The notes under the pieces were generated by a model. That model did no database searches, was not told where the DNA came from, and worked only from the letters and a program-made list of their open reading frames with translations. A stretch of DNA of 64,000 bases from Auanema rhodensis (taxonomy: Eukaryota > Animalia > Nematoda): assembly GCA_964057225.1 (NCBI GenBank), contig CAXKVF010000076.1:186001-250000 (forward strand), read 5' to 3'. Positions 38,201-54,884 of this stretch are shown here, piece after piece (position 1 is the stretch's first letter; each line of letters opens with the position of its first letter). The position numbers and the translations under genes were made by a program.

Positions 38201-41200
38201 AGTTACATACCAAGTGCACATCACGTGTACATTTAATTAGCATAAATTAAAGTTCACGTAAATTTCAAAGTCATGGTTACCATGCACCAATATCAATAAA
38301 AATTTGTTTTTAGACTAATATGGACATGGGGAATCTAATTTTGAAAACCGCATCTCTTTATCTTTCACGTGAACCGAGTTACATACCAAGTGCACATCAC
38401 GTGTACATTTAATTAGCATAAATTAAAGTTCACGTAAATTTCAAAGTCATGGTTACCATGCACCAATATCAATAAAAATTTGTTTTTAGACTAATATGGA
38501 CATGGGGAATCTAATTTTGAAAACCGCATCTCTTTATCTTTCACGTGAAGCGAGTTACATACCAAGTGCACATCACGTGTACATTTAATTAGCATAAATT
38601 AAAGTTCACGTAAATTTCAAAGTCATGGTTACCATGCACCAATATCAATAAAAATTTGTTTTTAGACTAATATGGACATGGGGAATCTAATTTTGAAAAC
38701 CGCATCTCTTTATCTTTCACGTGAAGCGAGTTACATACCAAGTGCACATCACGTGTACATTTAATTAGCATAAATTAAAGTTCACGTAAATTTCAAAGTC
38801 GTGGTTACCATGCACCAATATCAATAAAAATTCGTTTTTAGACTAATATGGACATGGGGAATCTAATTTTGAAAACCGCATCTCTTTATCTTTCACGTGA
38901 AGCGAGTTACATACCAAGTGCACATCACGTGTACATTTAATTAGCATAAATTAAAGTTCACGTAAATTTCAAAGTCATGGTTACCATGCACCAATATCAA
39001 TAAAAATTTGTTTTTAGACTAATATGGACATGAGGAATCTAATTTTGAAAACCGCATCTCTTTATCTTTCACGTGAAGCGAGTTACATACCAAGTGCACA
39101 TCACGTGTACATTTAATTAGCATAAATTAAAGTTCACGTAAATTTCAAAGTCATGGTTACCATGCACCAATATCAATAAAAATTTGTTTTTAGACTAATA
39201 TGGACATGAGGAATCTAATTTTAAAAACCGCATCTCTTTATCTTTCACGTGAAGCGAGTTACATACCAAGTGCACATCACGTGTACATTTAATTAGCATA
39301 AATTAAAGTTCACGTAAATTTCAAAGTCATGGTTACCATGCACCAATATCAATAAAAATTTGTTTTTAGACTAATATGGACATGGGGAATCTAATTTTGA
39401 AAACCGCATCTCTTTATCTTTCACGTGAACCGAGTTACATACCAAGTGCACATCACGTGTACATTTAATTAGCATAAATTAAAGTTCACGTAAATTTCAA
39501 AGTCATGGTTACCATGCACCAATATCAATAAAAATTTGTTTTTAGACTAATATGGACATGGGGAATCTAATTTTGAAAACCGCATCTCTTTATCTTTCAC
39601 GTGAAGCGAGTTACATACCAAGTGCACATCACGTGTACATTTAATTAGCATAAATTAAAGTTCACGTAAATTTCAAAGTCATGGTTACCATGCACCAATA
39701 TCAATAAAAATTTGTTTTTAGACTAATATGGACATGGGGAATCTAATTTTGAAAACCGCATCTCTTTATCTTACACGTGAAGCGAGTTACATACCAAGTG
39801 CACATCACGTGTACATTTAATTAGCATAAATTAAAGTTCACGTAAATTTCAAAGTCATGGTTACCATGAACCAATATCAATAAAAATTTGTTTTTAGACT
39901 AATATGGACATGGGGAATCTAATTTTGAAAACCGCATCTCTTTATCTTTCACGTGAAGCGAGTTACATACCAAGTGCACATCACGTGTACATTTAATTAG
40001 CATAAATTAAAGTTCACGTAAATTTCAAAGTCATGGTTACCATGCACCAATATCAATAAAAATTTGTTTTTAGACTAATATGGACATGGGGAATCTAATT
40101 TTGAAAACCGCATCTCTTTATCTTTCACGTGAACCGAGTTACATACCAAGTGCACATCACGTGTACATTTAATTAGCATAAATTAAAGTTCACGTAAATT
40201 TCAAAGTCATGGTTACCATGCACCAATATCAATAAAAATTTGTTTTTAGACTAATATGGACATGGGGAATCTAATTTTGAAAACCGCATCTCTTTATCTT
40301 TCACGTGAAGCGAGTTACATACCAAGTGCACATCACGTGTACATTTAATTAGCATAAATTAAAGTTCACGTAAATTTCAAAGTCATGGTTACCATGCACC
40401 AATATCAATAAAAATTTGTTTTTAGACTAATATGGACATGGGGAATCTAATTTTGAAAACCGCATCTCTTTATCTTACACGTGAAGCGAGTTACATACCA
40501 AGTGCACATCACGTGTACATTTAATTAGCATAAATTAAAGTTCACGTAAATTTCAAAGTCATGGTTACCATGAACCAATATCAATAAAAATTTGTTTTTA
40601 GACTAATATGGACATGGGGAATCTAATTTTGAAAACCGCATCTCTTTATCTTTCACGTGAAGCGAGTTACATACCAAGTGCACATCACGTGTACATTTAA
40701 TTAGCATAAATTAAAGTTCACGTAAATTTCAAAGTCATGGTTACCATGCACCAATATCAATAAAAATTTGTTTTTAGACTAATATGGACATGGGGAATCT
40801 AATTTTGAAAACCGCATCTCTTTATCTTTCACGTGAACCGAGTTACATACCAAGTGCACATCACGTGTACATTTAATTAGCATAAATTAAAGTTCACGTA
40901 AATTTCAAAGTCATGGTTACCATGAAGCAATATCAATAAAAATTTGTTTTTAGACTAATATGGACATGGGGAATCTTATTTTGAAAACCGCATCTCTTTA
41001 TCTTTCACGTGAAGCGAGTTACATACCAAGTGCACATCACGTGTACATTTAATTAGCATAAATTAAAGTTCACGTAAATTTCAAAGTCATGGTTACCATG
41101 AACCAATATCAATAAAAATTTGTTTTTAGACTAATATGGACATGGGGAATCTAATTTTGAAAACCGCATCTCTTTATCTTTCACGTAAAGCGAGTTACAT

Positions 41201-44200
41201 ACCAAGTGCACATCACGTGTACATTTAATTAGCATAAATTAAAGTTCACGTAAATTTCAAAGTCATGGTTACCATGCACCAATATCAATAAAAATTTGTT
41301 TTTAGACTAATATGGACATGGGGGATCTAATTTTGAAAACCGCATCTCTTTATCTTTCACGTGAAGCGAGTTACATACCAAGTGCACATCACGTGTACAT
41401 TTAATTAGCATAAATTAAAGTTCACGTAAATTTCAAAGTCATGGTTACCATGAAGCAATATCAATAAAAATTTGTTTTTAGACTAATATGGACATGGGGA
41501 ATCTTATTTTGAAAACCGCATCTCTTTATCTTTCACGTGAAGCGAGTTACATACCAAGTGCACATCACGTGTACATTTAATTAGCATAAATTAAAGTTCA
41601 CGTAAATTTCAAAGTCATGGTTACCATGAACCAATATCAATAAAAATTTGTTTTTAGACTAATATGGACATGGGGAATCTAATTTTGAAAACCGCATCTC
41701 TTTATCTTTCACGTGAAGCGAGTTACATACCAAGTGCACATCACGTGTACATTTAATTAGCATAAATTAAAGTTCACGTAAATTTCAAAGTCGTGGTTAC
41801 CATGCACCAATATCAATAAAAATTCGTTTTTAGACTAATATGGACATGGGGAATCTAATTTTGAAAACCGCATCTCTTTATCTTTCACGTGAAGCGAGTT
41901 ACATACCAAGTGCACATCACGTGTACATTTAATTAGCATAAATTAAAGTTCACGTAAATTTCAAAGTCATGGTTACCATGAAGCAATATCAATAAAAATT
42001 TGTTTTTAGACTAATATGGACATGGGGAATCTTATTTTGAAAACCGCATCTCTTTATCTTTCACGTGAAGCGAGTTACATACCAAGTGCACATCACGTGT
42101 ACATTTAATTAGCATAAATTAAAGTTCACGTAAATTTCAAAGTCATGGTTACCATGAACCAATATCAATAAAAATTTGTTTTTAGACTAATATGGACATG
42201 GGGAATCTAATTTTGAAAACCGCATCTCTTTATCTTTCACGTGAACCGAGTTACATACCAAGTGCACATCACGTGTACATTTAATTAGCATAAATTAAAG
42301 TTCACGTAAATTTCAAAGTCATGGTTACCATGCACCAATATCAATAAAAATTTGTTTTTAGACTAATATGGACATGGGGGATCTAATTTTGAAAACCGCA
42401 TCTCTTTATCTTTCACGTGAAGCGAGTTACATACCAAGTGCACATCACGTGTACATTTAATTAGCATAAATTAAAGTTCACGTAAATTTCAAAGTCATGG
42501 TTACCATGCACCAATATCAATAAAAATTTGTTTTTAGACTAATATGGACATGGGGAATCTAATTTTGAAAACCGCATCTCTTTATCTTTCACGTGAAGCG
42601 AGTTACATACCAAGTGCACATCACGTGTACATTTAATTAGCATAAATTAAAGTTCACGTAAATTTCAAAGTCATGGTTACCATGAACCAATATCAATTAA
42701 AATTTGTTTTTAGACTAATATGGACATGGGCAATCTAATTTTGAAAACCGCATCTCTTTATCTTTCACGTGAAGCGAGTTACATACCAAGTGCACATCAC
42801 GTGTACATTTAATTAGCATAAATTAAAGTTCACGTAAATTTCAAAGTCACGGTTACCATGCACCAATATCAATAAAAATTTGTTTTTAGACTAATATGGA
42901 CATGGGGAATCTAATTTTGAAAACCGCATCTCTTTATCTTTCACGTGAAGCGAGTTACATACCAAGTGCACATCACGTGTACATTTAATTAGCATAAATT
43001 AAAGTTCACGTAAATTTCAAAGTCATGGTTACCATGCACCAATATCAATAAAAATTTATTTTTAGACTAATATGGACATGAGGAATCTAATTTTGAAAAC
43101 CGCATCTCTTTATCTTTCACGTGAAGCGAGTTACATACCGAGTGCACATCACGTGTACATTTAATTAGCATAAATTAAAGTTCACGTAAATTTCAAAGTC
43201 ATGGTTACCATGCACCAATATCAATAAAAATTTGTTTTTAGACTAATATGGACATGGGGAATCTAATTTTGAAAACCGCATCTCTTCATCTTTCACGTGA
43301 AGCGAGTTACATACCAAGTGCACATCACGTGTACATTTAATTAGCATAAATTATAGTTCACGTAAATTTCAAAGTCATGGTTACCATGAACCAATATCAA
43401 TTAAAATTTGTTTTTAGACTAATATGGACATGGGCAATCTAATTTTGAAAACCGCATCTCTTTATCTTTCACGTGAAGCGAGTTACATACCAAGTGCACA
43501 TCACGTGTACATTTAATTAGCATAAATTAAAGTTCACGTAAATTTCAAAGTCATGGTTACCATGAACCAATATCAATAAAAATTTGTTTTTAGACTAATA
43601 TGGACATGGGGAATCTAATTTTGAAAACCGCATCTCTTTATCTTTCACGTGAAGCGAGTTACATACCAAGTGCACATCACGTGTACATTTAATTAGCATA
43701 AATTAAAGTTCACGTAAATTTCAAAGTCGTGGTTACCATGCACCAATATCAATAAAAATTCGTTTTTAGACTAATATGGACATGGGGAATCTAATTTTGA
43801 AAACCGCATCTCTTTATCTTTCACGTGAAGCGAGTTACATACCAAGTGCACATCACGTGTACATTTAATTAGCATAAATTAAAGTTCACGTAAATTTCAA
43901 AGTCATGGTTACCATGCACCAATATCAATAAAAATTTGTTTTTAGACTAATATGGACATGGGGAATCTAATTTTGAAAACCGCATCTCTTTATCTTTCAC
44001 GTGAAGCGAGTTACATACCAAGTGCACATCACGTGTACATTTAATTAGCATAAATTAAAGTTCACGTAAATTTCAAAGTCATGGTTACCATGAACCAATA
44101 TCAATAAAAATTTGTTTTTAGACTAATATGGACATGGGGAATCTAATTTTGAAAACCGCATCTCTTTATCTTTCACGTGAACCGAGTTACATACCAAGTG

Positions 44201-47200
44201 CACATCACGTGTACATTTAATTAGCATAAATTAAAGTTCACGTAAATTTCAAAGTCATGGTTACCATGCACCAATATCAATAAAAATTTGTTTTTAGACT
44301 AATATGGACATGGGGGATCTAATTTTGAAAACCGCATCTCTTTATCTTTCACGTGAAGCGAGTTACATACCAAGTGCACATCACGTGTACATTTAATTAG
44401 CATAAATTAAAGTTCACGTAAATTTCAAAGTCATGGTTACCATGCACCAATATCAATAAAAATTTGTTTTTAGACTAATATGGACATGGGGAATCTAATT
44501 TTGAAAACCGCATCTCTTTATCTTTCACGTGAAGCGAGTTACATACCAAGTGCACATCACGTGTACATTTAATTAGCATAAATTAAAGTTCACGTAAATT
44601 TCAAAGTCATGGTTACCATGAACCAATATCAATTAAAATTTGTTTTTAGACTAATATGGACATGGGGAATCTAATTTTGAAAACCGCATCTCTTTATCTT
44701 TCACGTGAAGCGAGTTACATACCAAGTGCACATCACGTGTACATTTAATTAGCATAAATTAAAGTTCACGTAAATTTCAAAGTCACGGTTACCATGCACC
44801 AATATCAATAAAAATTTGTTTTTAGACTAATATGGACATGGGGAATCTAATTTTGAAAACCGCATCTCTTTATCTTTCACGTGAAGCGAGTTACATACCA
44901 AGTGCACATCACGTGTACATTTAATTAGCATAAATTAAAGTTCACGTAAATTTCAAAGTCATGGTTACCATGCACCAATATCAATAAAAATTTATTTTTA
45001 GACTAATATGGACATGAGGAATCTAATTTTGAAAACCGCATCTCTTTATCTTTCACGTGAAGCGAGTTACATACCGAGTGCACATCACGTGTACATTTAA
45101 TTAGCATAAATTAAAGTTCACGTAAATTTCAAAGTCATGGTTACCATGCACCAATATCAATAAAAATTTGTTTTTAGACTAATATGGACATGGGGAATCT
45201 AATTTTGAAAACCGCATCTCTTCATCTTTCACGTGAAGCGAGTTACATACCAAGTGCACATCACGTGTACATTTAATTAGCATAAATTAAAGTTCACGTA
45301 AATTTCAAAGTCATGGTTACCATGAACCAATATCAATTAAAATTTGTTTTTAGACTAATATGGACATGGGCAATCTAATTTTGAAAACCGCCTCTCTTTA
45401 TCTTTCACGTGAAGCGAGTTACATACCAAGTGCACATCACGTGTACATTTAATTAGCATAAATTAAAGTTCACGTAAATTTCAAAGTCATGGTTACCATG
45501 AACCAATATCAATAAAAATTTGTTTTTAGACTAATATGGACATGGGGAATCTAATTTTGAAAACCGCATCTCTTTATCTTTCACGTGAAGCGAGTTACAT
45601 ACCAAGTGCACATCACGTGTACATTTAATTAGCATAAATTAAAGTTCACGTAAATTTCAAAGTCGTGGTTACCATGCACCAATATCAATAAAAATTCGTT
45701 TTTAGACTAATATGGACATGGGGAATCTAATTTTGAAAACCGCATCTCTTTATCTTTCACGTGAAGCGAGTTACATACCAAGTGCACATCACGTGTACAT
45801 TTAATTAGCATAAATTAAAGTTCACGTAAATTTCAAAGTCATGGTTACCATGCACCAATATCAATAAAAATTTGTTTTTAGACTAATATGGACATGGGGA
45901 ATCTAATTTTGAAAACCGCATCTCTTTATCTTTCACGTGAAGCGAGTTACATACCAAGTGCACATCACGTGTACATTTAATTAGCATAAATTAAAGTTCA
46001 CGTAAATTTCAAAGTCACGGTTACCATGCACCAATATCAATAAAAATTTGTTTTTAGACTAATATGGACATGGGGAATCTAATTTTGAAAACCGTATCTC
46101 TTTATCTTTCACGTGAAGCGAGTTACATACCAAGTGCACATCACGTGTACATTTAATTAGCATAAATTAAAGTTCACGTAAATTTCAAAGTCATGGTTAC
46201 CATGAACCAATATCAATAAAAATTTGTTTTTAGACTAATATGGACATGGGCAATCTAATTTTGAAAACCGCATCTCTTTATCTTTCACGTGAAGCGAGTT
46301 ACATACCAAGTGCACATCACGTGTACATTTAATTAGCATAAATTAAAGTTCACGTAAATTTCAAAGTCATGGTTACCATGCACCAATATCAATAAAAATT
46401 TGTTTTTAGACTAATATGGACATGGGGAATCTAATTTTGAAAACCGCATCTCTTTATCTTTCACGTGAAGCGAGTTACATACCAAGTGCACATCACGTGT
46501 ACATTTAATTAGCATAAATTAAAGTTCACGTAAATTTCAAAGTCATGGTTACCATGCACCAATATCAATAAAAATTTGTTTTTAGACTAATATGGACATG
46601 GGGAATCTAATTTTGAAAACCGCATCTCTTCATCTTTCACGTGAAGCGAGTTACATACCAAGTGCACATCACGTGTACATTTAATTAGCATAAATTAAAG
46701 TTCACGTAAATTTCAAAGTCATGGTTACCATGCACCAATATCAATAAAAATTTGTTTTTAGACTAATATGGACATGGGGAATCTAATTTTGAAAACCGCA
46801 TCTCTTTATCTTTCACGTGAAGCGAGTTACATACCAAGTGCACATCACGTGTACATTTAATTAGCATAAATTAAAGTTCACGTAAATTTCAAAGTCATGG
46901 TTACCATGAACCAATATCAATAAAAATTTGTTTTTAGACTAATATGGACATGGGGAATCTAATTTTGAAAACCGCATCTCTTTATCTTTCACGTGAAGCG
47001 AGTTACATACCAAGTGCACATCACGTGTACATTTAATTAGCATAAATTAAAGTTCACGTAAATTTCAAAGTCATAGTTACCATGCACCAATATCAATAAA
47101 AATTTGTTTTTAGACTAATATGGACATGGGGAATCTAATTTTGAAAACCGCATCTCTTTATCTTTCACGTGAAGCGAGTTACATACCAAGTGCACATCAC

Positions 47201-50200
47201 GTGTACATTTAATTAGCATAAATTAAAGTTCACGTAAATTTCAAAGTCACGGTTACCATGCACCAATATCAATAAAAATTTGTTTTTAGACTAATATGGA
47301 CATGGGGAATCTAATTTTGAAAACCGTATCTCTTTATCTTTCACGTGAAGCGAGTTACATACCAAGTGCACATCACGTGTACATTTAATTAGCATAAATT
47401 AAAGTTCACGTAAATTTCAAAGTCATGATTACCATGAACCAATATCAATAAAAATTTGTTTTTAGACTAATATGGACATGGGCAATCTAATTTTGAAAAC
47501 CGCATCTCTTTATCTTTCACGTGAAGCAAGTTACATACCAAGTGCACATCACGTGTACATTTAATTAGCATAAATTAAAGTTCACGTAAATTTCAAAGTC
47601 ATGGTTACCATGCACCAATATCAATAAAAATTTGTTTTTAGACTAATATGGACATGAGGAATCTAATTTTGAAAACCGCATCTCTTTATCTTTCACGTGA
47701 AGCGAGTTACATACCAAGTGCACATCACGTGTACATTTAATTAGCATAAATTAAAGTTCACGTAAATTTCAAAGTCATGGTTACCATGCACCAATATCAA
47801 TAAAAATTTGTTTTTAGACTAATATGGACATGGGGAATCTAATTTTGAAAACCGCATCTCTTTATCTTTCACGTGAAGCGAGTTACATACCAAGTGCACA
47901 TCACGTGTACATTTAATTAGCATAAATTAAAGTTCACGTAAATTTCAAAGTCATGGTTACCATGCACCAATATCAATAAAAATTGGTTTTTAGACTAATA
48001 TGGACATGGGGAATCTAATTTTGAAAACCGCATCTCTTTATCTTTCACGTGAAGCGAGTTACATACCAAGTGCACATCGCGTGTACATTTAATTAGCATA
48101 AATTAAAGTTCACGTAAATTTCAAAGTCATGGTTACCATGAACCAATATCAATAAAAATTTGTTTTTAGACTAATATGGACATGGGGAATCTAATTTTGA
48201 AAACCGCATCTCTTTATCTTTCACGTGAAGCGAGTTACATACCAAGTGCACATCACGTGTACATTTAATTAGCATAAATTAAAGTTCACGTAAATTTCAA
48301 AGTCACGGTTACCATGCACCAATATCAATAAAAATTTGTTTTTAGACTAATATGGACATGGGGAATCTAATTTTGAAAACCGTATCTCTTTATCTTTCAC
48401 GTGAAGCGAGTTACATACCAAGTGCACATCACGTGTACATTTAATTAGCATAAATTAAAGTTCACGTAAATTTCAAAGTCATGATTACCATGAACCAATA
48501 TCAATAAAAATTTGTTTTTAGACTAATATGGACATGGGCAATCTAATTTTGAAAACCGCATCTCTTTATCTTTCACGTGAAGCAAGTTACATACCAAGTG
48601 CACATCACGTGTACATTTAATTAGCATAAATTAAAGTTCACGTAAATTTCAAAGTCATGGTTACCATGAAGCAATATCAATAAAAATTTGTTTTTAGACT
48701 AATATGGAAATGGGGAATCTAATTTTGAAAACCGCATCTCTTTATCTTTCACGTGAAGCGAGTTACATACCAAGTGCACATCACGTGTACATTTAATTAG
48801 CATAAATTAAAGTTCACGTAAATTTCAAAGTCATGGTTACCATGAAGCAATATCAATAAAAATTTGTTTTTAGACTAATATGGACATGGGCAATCTAATT
48901 TTGAAAACCGCATCTCTTTATCTTTCACGTGAAGCAAGTTACATACCAAGTGCACATCACGTGTACATTTAATTAGCATAAATTAAAGTTCACGTAAATT
49001 TCAAAGTCATGGTTACCATGCACCAATATCAATAAAAATTTGTTTTTAGACTAATATGGACATGGGGAATCTAATTTTGAAAACCGCATCTCTTTATCTT
49101 TCACGTGAAGCGAGTTACATACCAAGTGCACATCACGTGTACATTTAATTAGCATAAATTAAAGTTCACGTAAATTTCAAAGTCATGGTTACCATGCACC
49201 AATATCAATAAAAATTTGTTTTTAGACTAATATGGACATGGGGAATCTAATTTTGAAAACCGCATCTCTACATCTTTCACGTGAAGCGAGTTACATACCA
49301 AGTGCACATCACGTGTACATTTAATTAGCATAAATTAAAGTTCACGTAAATTTCAAAGTCGTGGTTACCATGCACCAATATCAATAAAAATTCGTTTTTA
49401 GACTAATATGGACATGGGGAATCTAATTTTGAAAACCGCATCTCTTTATCTTTCACGTGAAGCGAGTTACATACCAAGTGCACATCACGTGTACATTTAA
49501 TTAGCATAAATTAAAGTTCACGTAAATTTCAAAGTCATGGTTACCATGCACCAATATCAATAAAAATTTGTTTTTAGACTAATATGGACATGGGGAATCT
49601 AATTTTGAAAACCGCATCTCTACATCTTTCACGTGAAGCGAGTTACATACCAAGTGCACATCACGTGTACATTTAATTAGCATAAATTAAAGTTCACGTA
49701 AATTTCAAAGTCGTGGTTACCATGCACCAATATCAATAAAAATTCGTTTTTAGACTAATATGGACATGGGGAATCTAATTTTGAAAACCGCATCTCTTTA
49801 TCTTTCACGTGAAGCGAGTTACATACCAAGTGCACATCACGTGTACATTTAATTAGCATAAATTAAAGTTCACGTAAATTTCAAAGTCATGGTTACCATG
49901 CACCAATATCAATAAAAATTTGTTTTTAGACTAATATGGACATGGGGAATCTAATTTTGAAAACCGCATCTCTTTATCTTTCACGTGAAGCGAGTTACAT
50001 ACCAAGTGCACATCACGTGTACATTTAATTAGCATAAATTAAAGTTCACGTAAATTTCAAAGTCGTGGTTACCATGCACCAATATCAATAAAAATTCGTT
50101 TTTAGACTAATATGGACATGGGGAATCTAATTTTGAAAACCGCATCTCTTTATCTTTCACGTGAAGCGAGTTACATACCAAGTGCACATCACGTGTACAT

Positions 50201-53200
50201 TTAATTAGCATAAATTAAAGTTCACGTAAATTTCAAAGTCATAGTTACCATGCACCAATATCAATAAAAATTCGTTTTTAGACTAATATGGACATGGGGA
50301 ATCTAATTTTGAAAACCGCATCTCTTTATCTTTCACGTGAAGCGAGTTACATACCAAGTGCACATCACGTGTACATTTAATTAGCATAAATTAAAGTTCA
50401 CGTAAATTTCAAAGTCATGGTTACCATGAAGCAATATCAATAAAAATTTGTTTTTAGACTAATATGGACATGGGGAATCTAATTTTGAAAACCGCATCTC
50501 TTTATCTTTCACGTGAAGCGAGTTACATACCAAGTGCACATCACGTGTACATTTAATTAGCATAAATTAAAGTTCACGTAAATTTCAAAGTCATGGTTAC
50601 CATGCACCAATATCAATAAAAATTTGTTTTTAGACTAATATGGACATGGGGAATCTAATTTTGAAAACCGCATCTCTTTATCTTTCACGTGAAGCGAGTT
50701 ACATACCAAGTACACATCACGTGTACATTTAATTAGCATAAATTAAAGTTCACGTAAATTTCAAAGTCGTGGTTACCATGCACCAATATCAATAAAAATT
50801 CGTTTTTAGACTAATATGGACATGGGGAATCTAATTTTGAAAACCGCATCTCTTTATCTTTCACGTGAAGCGAGTTACATACCAAGTGCACATCACGTGT
50901 ACATTTAATTAGCATAAATTAAAGTTCACGTAAATTTCAAAGTCATAGTTACCATGCACCAATATCAATAAAAATTTGTTTTTAGACTAATATGGACATG
51001 GGGAATCTAATTTTGAAAACCGCATCTCTTTATCTTTCACGTGAAGCGAGTTACATACCAAGTGCACATCACGTGTACATTTAATTAGCATAAATTAAAG
51101 TTCACGTAAATTTCAAAGTCACGGTTACCATGCACCAATATCAATAAAAATTTGTTTTTAGACTAATATGGACATGGGGAATCTAATTTTGAAAACCGTA
51201 TCTCTTTATCTTTCACGTGAAGCGAGTTACATACCAAGTGCACATCACGTGTACATTTAATTAGCATAAATTAAAGTTCACGTAAATTTCAAAGTCATGA
51301 TTACCATGAACCAATATCAATAAAAATTTGTTTTTAGACTAATATGGACATGGGCAATCTAATTTTGAAAACCGCATCTCTTTATCTTTCACGTGAAGCA
51401 AGTTACATACCAAGTGCTCATCACGTGTACATTTAATTAGCATAAATTAAAGTTCACGTAAATTTCAAAGTCATGGTTACCATGAAGCAATATCAATAAA
51501 AATTTGTTTTTAGACTAATATGGAAATGGGGAATCTAATTTTGAAAACCGCATCTCTTTATCTTTCACGTGAAGCGAGTTACATACCAAGTGCACATCAC
51601 GTGTACATTTAATTAGCATAAATTAAAGTTCACGTAAATTTCAAAGTCATGGTTACCATGAAGCAATATCAATAAAAATTTGTTTTTAGACTAATATGGA
51701 CATGGGGAATCTAATTTTGAAAACCGCATCTCTTTATCTTTCACGTGAAGCGAGTTACATACCAAGTGCACATCACGTGTACATTTAATTAGCATAAATT
51801 AAAGTTCACGTAAATTTCAAAGTCATGGTTACCATGCACCAATATCAATAAAAATTTGTTTTTAGACTAATATGGACATGGGGAATCTAATTTTAAAAAC
51901 CGCATCTCTTTATCTTTCACGTGAAGCGAGTTACATACCAAGTGCACATCACGTGTACATTTAATTAGCATAAATTAAAGTTCACGTAAATTTCAAAGTC
52001 ATGGTTACCATGCACCAATATCAATAAAAATTTGTTTTTAGACTAATATGGACATGGGGAATCTAATTTTGAAAACCGCATCTCTTCATCTTTCACGTGA
52101 AGCGAGTTACATACCAAGTGCACATCAAGTGTACATTTAATTAGCATAAATTAAAGTTCACGTAAATTTCAAAGTCATGGTTACCATGCACCAATATCAA
52201 TAAAAATTTGTTTTTAGACTAATATGGACATGGGGAATCTAATTTTGAAAACCGCATCTCTTTATCTTTCACGTGAAGCAAGTTACATACCAAGTGCACA
52301 TCACGTGTACATTTAATTAGCATAAATTAAAGTTCACGTAAATTTCAAAGTCATGGTTACCATGCACCAATATCAATAAAAATTTGTTTTTAGACTAATA
52401 TGGACATGGGCAATCTAATTTTGAAAACCGCATCTCTTTATCTTTCACGTGAAGCGAGTTACATACCAAGTGCACATCACGTGTACATTTAATTAGCATA
52501 AATTAAAGTTCACGTAAATTTCAAAGTCATGGTTACCATGCACCAATATCAATAAAAATTTGTTTTTAGACTAATATGGACATGGGCAATCTAATTTTGA
52601 AAACCGCATCTCTTTATCTTTCACGTGAAGCGAGTTACATACCAAGTGCACATCACGTGTACATTTAATTAGCATAAATTAAAGTTCACGTAAATTTCAA
52701 AGTCATGGTTACCATGCACCAATATCAATAAAAATTTGTTTTTAGACTAATATGGACATGGGGAATCTAATTTTGAAAACCGCATCTCTTTATCTTTCAC
52801 GTGAAGCGAGTTACATACCAAGTGCACATCACGTGTACATTTAATTAGCATAAATTAAAGTTCACGTAAATTTCAAAGTCATGGTTACCATGAAGCAATA
52901 TCAATAAAAATTTGTTTTTAGACTAATATGGACATGGGGAATCTAATTTTGAAAACCGCATCTCTTTATCTTTCACGTGAAGCGAGTTACATACCAAGTG
53001 CACATCACGTGTACATTTAATTAGCATAAATTAAAGTTCACGTAAATTTCAAAGTCATGGTTACCATGCACCAATATCAATAAAAATTTGTTTTTAGACT
53101 AATATGGACATGGGGAATCTAATTTTAAAAACCGCATCTCTTTATCTTTCACGTGAAGCGAGTTACATACCAAGTGCACATCACGTGTACATTTAATTAG

Positions 53201-54864
53201 CATAAATTAGAGTTCACGTAAATTTCAAAGTCATGGTTACCATGCACCAATATCAATAAAAATTTGTTTTTAGACTAATATGGACATGGGGAATCTAATT
53301 TTGAAAACCGCATCTCTTCATCTTTCACGTGAAGCGAGTTACATACCAAGTGCACATCAAGTGTACATTTAATTAGCATAAATTAAAGTTCACGTAAATT
53401 TCAAAGTCATGGTTACCATGCACCAATATCAATAAAAATTTGTTTTTAGACTAATATGGACATGGGGAATCTAATTTTGAAAACCGCATCTCTTTATCTT
53501 TCACGTGAAGCAAGTTACATACCAAGTGCACATCACGTGTACATTTAATTAGCATAAATTAAAGTTCACGTAAATTTCAAAGTCATGGTTACCATGCACC
53601 AATATCAATAAAAATTTGTTTTTAGACTAATATGGACATGGGCAATCTAATTTTGAAAACCGCATCTCTTTATCTTTCACGTGAAGCGAGTTACATACCG
53701 AGTGCACATCACGTGTACATTTAATTAGCATAAATTAAAGTTCACGTAAATTTCAAAGTCATGGTTACCATGAAGCAATATCAATAAAAATTTGTTTTTA
53801 GACTAATATGGACATGGGGAATCTAATTTTGAAAACCGCATCTCTTTATCTTTCACGTGAAGCGAGTTACATACCAAGTGCACATCACGTGTACATTTAA
53901 TTAGCATAAATTAAAGTTCACGTAAATTTCAAAGTCATGGTTACCATGAACCAATATCAATTAAAATTTGTTTTTAGACTAATATGGACATGGGGAATCT
54001 AATTTTAAAAACCGCATCTCTTTATCTTTCACGTGAAGCGAGTTACATACCAAGTGCACATCACGTGTACATTTAATTAGCATAAATTAAAGTTCACGTA
54101 AATCTCAAAGTCATGGTTACCATGCACCAATATCAATAAAAATTTGTTTTTAGACTAATATGGACATGGGGAATCTAATTTTGAAAACCGCATCTCTTTA
54201 TCTTTCACGTGAAGCGAGTTACATACCAAGTGCACATCACGTGCACATTTAATTAGCATAAATTAAAGTTCACGTAAATTTCAAAGTCATGGTTACCATG
54301 CACCAATATCAATAAAAATTTGTTTTTAGACTAATATGGACATGGGGATCTAATTTTGAAAACCGCATCTCTTCATCTTTCACGTGAAGCGAGTTACATA
54401 CCAAGTGCACATCACGTGTACATTTAATTAGCATAAATTAAAGTTCACGTAAATTTCAAAGTCATGGTTACCATGCACCAATATCAATAAAAATTTGTTT
54501 TTAGACTAATATGGACATGGGGAATCTAATTTTGAAAACCGCATCTCTTTATCTTTCACGTGAAGCGAGTTACATACCAAGTGCACATCACGTGTACATT
54601 TAATTAGCATAAATTAAAGTTCACGTAAATTTCAAAGTCATGGTTACCATGCACCAATATCAATAAAAATTTGTTTTTAGACTAATATGGACATGGGGAA
54701 TCTAATTTTGTAAACCGCATCTCTTTATCTTTCACGTGAAGCGAGTTACATACCAAGTGCACATCACGTGTACATTTAATTAGCATAAATTAAAGTTCAC
54801 GAAAATTTCAAAGTCATGGTTACCATGCACCAATATCAATAAAAATTTGTTTTTAGACTAATAT
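26275..54864 (-). repeat. 176-bp satellite array, orientation B, ~162 monomers
   Basis: Resumes in register after the TSD (ATAAATTAAAGTTCACG). Period is 176, with single-base deletions at ~30450 and ~54348. Confidence 0.99.
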
Positions 54865-54884
54865 TTATTTATTTTATTTTATTT
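54862..54884 (-). repeat. 3' tail of LINE 2, mixed (TAAA)/(TAAAA) units
   Basis: Plus strand TATTTATTTATTTTATTTTATTT at the element/satellite junction. Confidence 0.85.
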
